Shown piece after piece: positions 61,844 through 64,000 of a stretch of 64,000 bases of DNA. The DNA lies in contig NW_027270933.1 in assembly GCF_040938485.1 (NCBI RefSeq), positions 930,001 through 994,000 of the forward strand. Direction: 5' to 3'. The notes beneath the pieces were generated by a model. That model had not been told where the DNA came from, searched no databases, and worked only from the letters and a program-made list of their open reading frames with translations. Source of the stretch: Diadema antillarum (lineage: Eukaryota). How positions within the stretch are numbered: position 1 is the stretch's first letter; every line of letters begins with the position of its first letter. The position numbers were made by a program, and so were the translations under genes.

Positions 61844-61845
<2 letters not shown>
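61778..61845. mobile_element. 68-bp miniature element with CAGGGCTC TIRs in (TA)n
   Basis: CAGGGCTCCACACTAAC / GTTAGTGTCGAGCCCTG. Confidence 0.6.
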
Positions 61846-61884
<39 letters not shown>

Positions 61885-61895
61885 TATGTATATCA

Positions 61896-61933
<38 letters not shown>

Positions 61934-63462
61934 ATATAGGAGTAAGACATTGTGATTAGTATGCCACGGGAGGCGTAGCTTGTTCTTCCTATTTCCTTTA
62001 TTTTGTGTTCGAGCTTTCGGCCATGTCGGTCTTCATCAGGATCTACACAGACAAATTATACTGTCTTAAGCCTGCATAATGTCTCCACGACCTTGAAGTT
62101 CAAACGTTGGCACATTTCTTGCATCTATAATACACCCGTACATATATATAGTTAAAGAAATTAGATTTGAGNNNNNNNNNNNNNNNNNNNNNNNNNNNNN
62201 NNNNNNNNNNNNNNNNNNNNNNNNNNNNNNNNNNNNNNNNNNNNNNNNNNNNNNNNNNNNNNNNNNNNNNNNNNNNNNNNNNNNNNNNNNNNNNNNNNNN
62301 NNNNNNNNNNNNNTGCATATAATATTATGATTATATATGATATGGTTGTGTGTGTGTTTGTATGTGAAAGTGTTTTCATGAGTATGTTTTTTTTCTTATC
62401 ATTTATTTCTAATCAACCACCCGGACATCATCTGCTATATTACAGTATACTATTCTCCTTTGAACAACAATGATCTCTAGATAAGTGTTCCCGAGATACT
62501 ATTTCATATTGTTCAATGATTATTGCTAAGCCAGGAAGACAAATGGCAGTTCACTGAGGTTATCACAATGACTGAATTCTTCTTCATTACCATCTTTTCT
62601 TGGTAAGTCTCTTGAAATGATTGTCCGGGGACGTTCAGCAATCTATTATTCGCTCTATAAACTAAAGAACATCAATATTACCGAAGCCGAATACAAACCC
62701 CCGTGCAAGCAATATCTGACCTGTTTCAGTAAGTAGAAGGTCTGCTGCATTAAGATGTCCCGATCCAAAAGTTCCCAAAGTTCGAGATTATATCTGAAAG
62801 AAGGCTTACTTCAGCACTGACGAGAAATTTGATGCTGCCTTTGATGCTCTTAACAGGAAGGCATGAATTCAAATCCTGCCCCAAATGCATACTTTGACAA
62901 TTTTTCCCCTCTCCTTCTCAATGTCCTTTTTCTCTCAGGAGTATGGGTATTAGTATTCATTAGTAGAAGTAACATGGCCATTAGAATGACCAGTGCCAAC
63001 ATTGAAGAGGCAATTCTGTATATTAAGACCATAAGCTGATAAACTGACATCATTGTCTTTATTACTATCATAGTGATTACTATTGTTATCATTGTCATTA
63101 CGATCATCATTAAGATAATTAGGGAAACAGCTGTACTAACTGTACTAACATATGAGTCTTATTCTTCGTGATTGTGACAAAGGATGCTGCATTAAGCTCG
63201 ATTTGTTTTCCATTTAAGCTCAAATTTCGAACTAAAGATGTTCAATAATCCAAAATTACGCAATTCATATTTTCCATCAATTATCATTAATGAAGATACC
63301 CGCCAGGTTCATTGCCTCTTTCACTACCTCACGTTGCTCCATCGCAGATTAACCGCGACAGATATATAATGCACTCTTAAATGAATCCCACAAGGATTGG
63401 AACAATCATCCTCCAGCATTCCCACTGATTCCCACTGATCAGTTACTAGCCATCCCCTTTAA

Positions 63463-63940
63463 TTTTGGTAAATGTGTTATGATTTTAGGACCATTTTTGT
63501 CAACCCTTGCCTTTTTCAAAATGTGATCATTTTGCACTCTCAGAGATACCGAAACCATCGAGAATTCGGCTTGCCATAGAACCAGTAGCATTCACAATGA
63601 TATTCACAATGACATTCACATTATTCACAATAATAACGGACAATAACGATCAACTTCCACCCCACATTCCACACATTATGAACGCTACTGGTTCTATGGC
63701 AAGCCAAATTCTCGCTGGTTTCGGTATCTCTGCGAGTGCAAAATGATCACATTTAAAAAATTGCAAGGGTGGACAAAAATGGTCCTGAAATCATAACGCA
63801 TCAACCAAAATTTAAGAATTTGGTGTCATTCTATTGGAAAAAGAATGACCTTTCTAATAGTATGCAAGATGATGACATATTTGCAACGATATTTCTGAAA
63901 TTAAAGATCTTAAGTGTTCCCTTCTTTCTGGGCCGCCATG
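63463..63940. mobile_element. Second, left-truncated copy of the 61065-61651 MITE
   Basis: Highly similar to 61200-61651 and ends in (TA)n. Confidence 0.8.
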
Positions 63941-63952
63941 TATATATATATG

Positions 63953-63992
<40 letters not shown>

Positions 63993-64000
63993 ATATATAT

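Larger units (their letters stand above)
44960..63350 (+). repeat. Segmental duplication unit B (expanded by mobile-element insertions)
   Basis: Same block order and orientation as unit A. Both end at GTTGCTCCATCGCAGAT. Confidence 0.88.

Noticed and set aside
224-63999. Numerous short ORFs with HTHT, CVCV, YIYI, SLSL or poly-I/N runs, and antisense ORFs overlapping CHST and LINE exons
   Set aside because: They are translations of (CA)n, (TA)n, (CT)n and (AAT)n microsatellites or shadow frames of real coding exons.

Overview
Eukaryotic, AT-rich, intron-containing animal genomic DNA with four N gaps. Gene content and repeat types suggest a marine invertebrate deuterostome, possibly an echinoderm (inference only). 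Left half (1-31 kb): three tandem + strand carbohydrate sulfotransferase genes of the CHST8-14/HNK-1ST (Sulfotransfer_2) family. I reconstructed each as a 3-exon gene (TM exon, phase-1 intron, short stem exon, phase-0 intron, large catalytic exon). The third gene carries a decayed full-length CR1/L2-type LINE and an L1/Tx1 3' remnant antisense in intron 1. Right half (33-63 kb): a head-to-tail segmental duplication (unit A ~33.3-44.7 kb, unit B ~45.0-63.35 kb). Each unit holds an intact 3-exon gene for a small soluble RTP-like 3CxxC zinc-finger protein with no TM tail, preceded by a conserved NF-kB-like site. Unit B is inflated by a nested composite insertion: a TTAA-family MITE containing an intact full-length L1/Tx1 LINE, which itself contains a hAT-like minisatellite element at its 5' end and a pogo-like MITE in its 3' UTR. 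Other notable signals are a gene-conversion-like mosaic between two CHST catalytic exons and a 253-nt G-free, partly non-repetitive tract. No rRNA, bona fide tRNA or CRISPR array was found.
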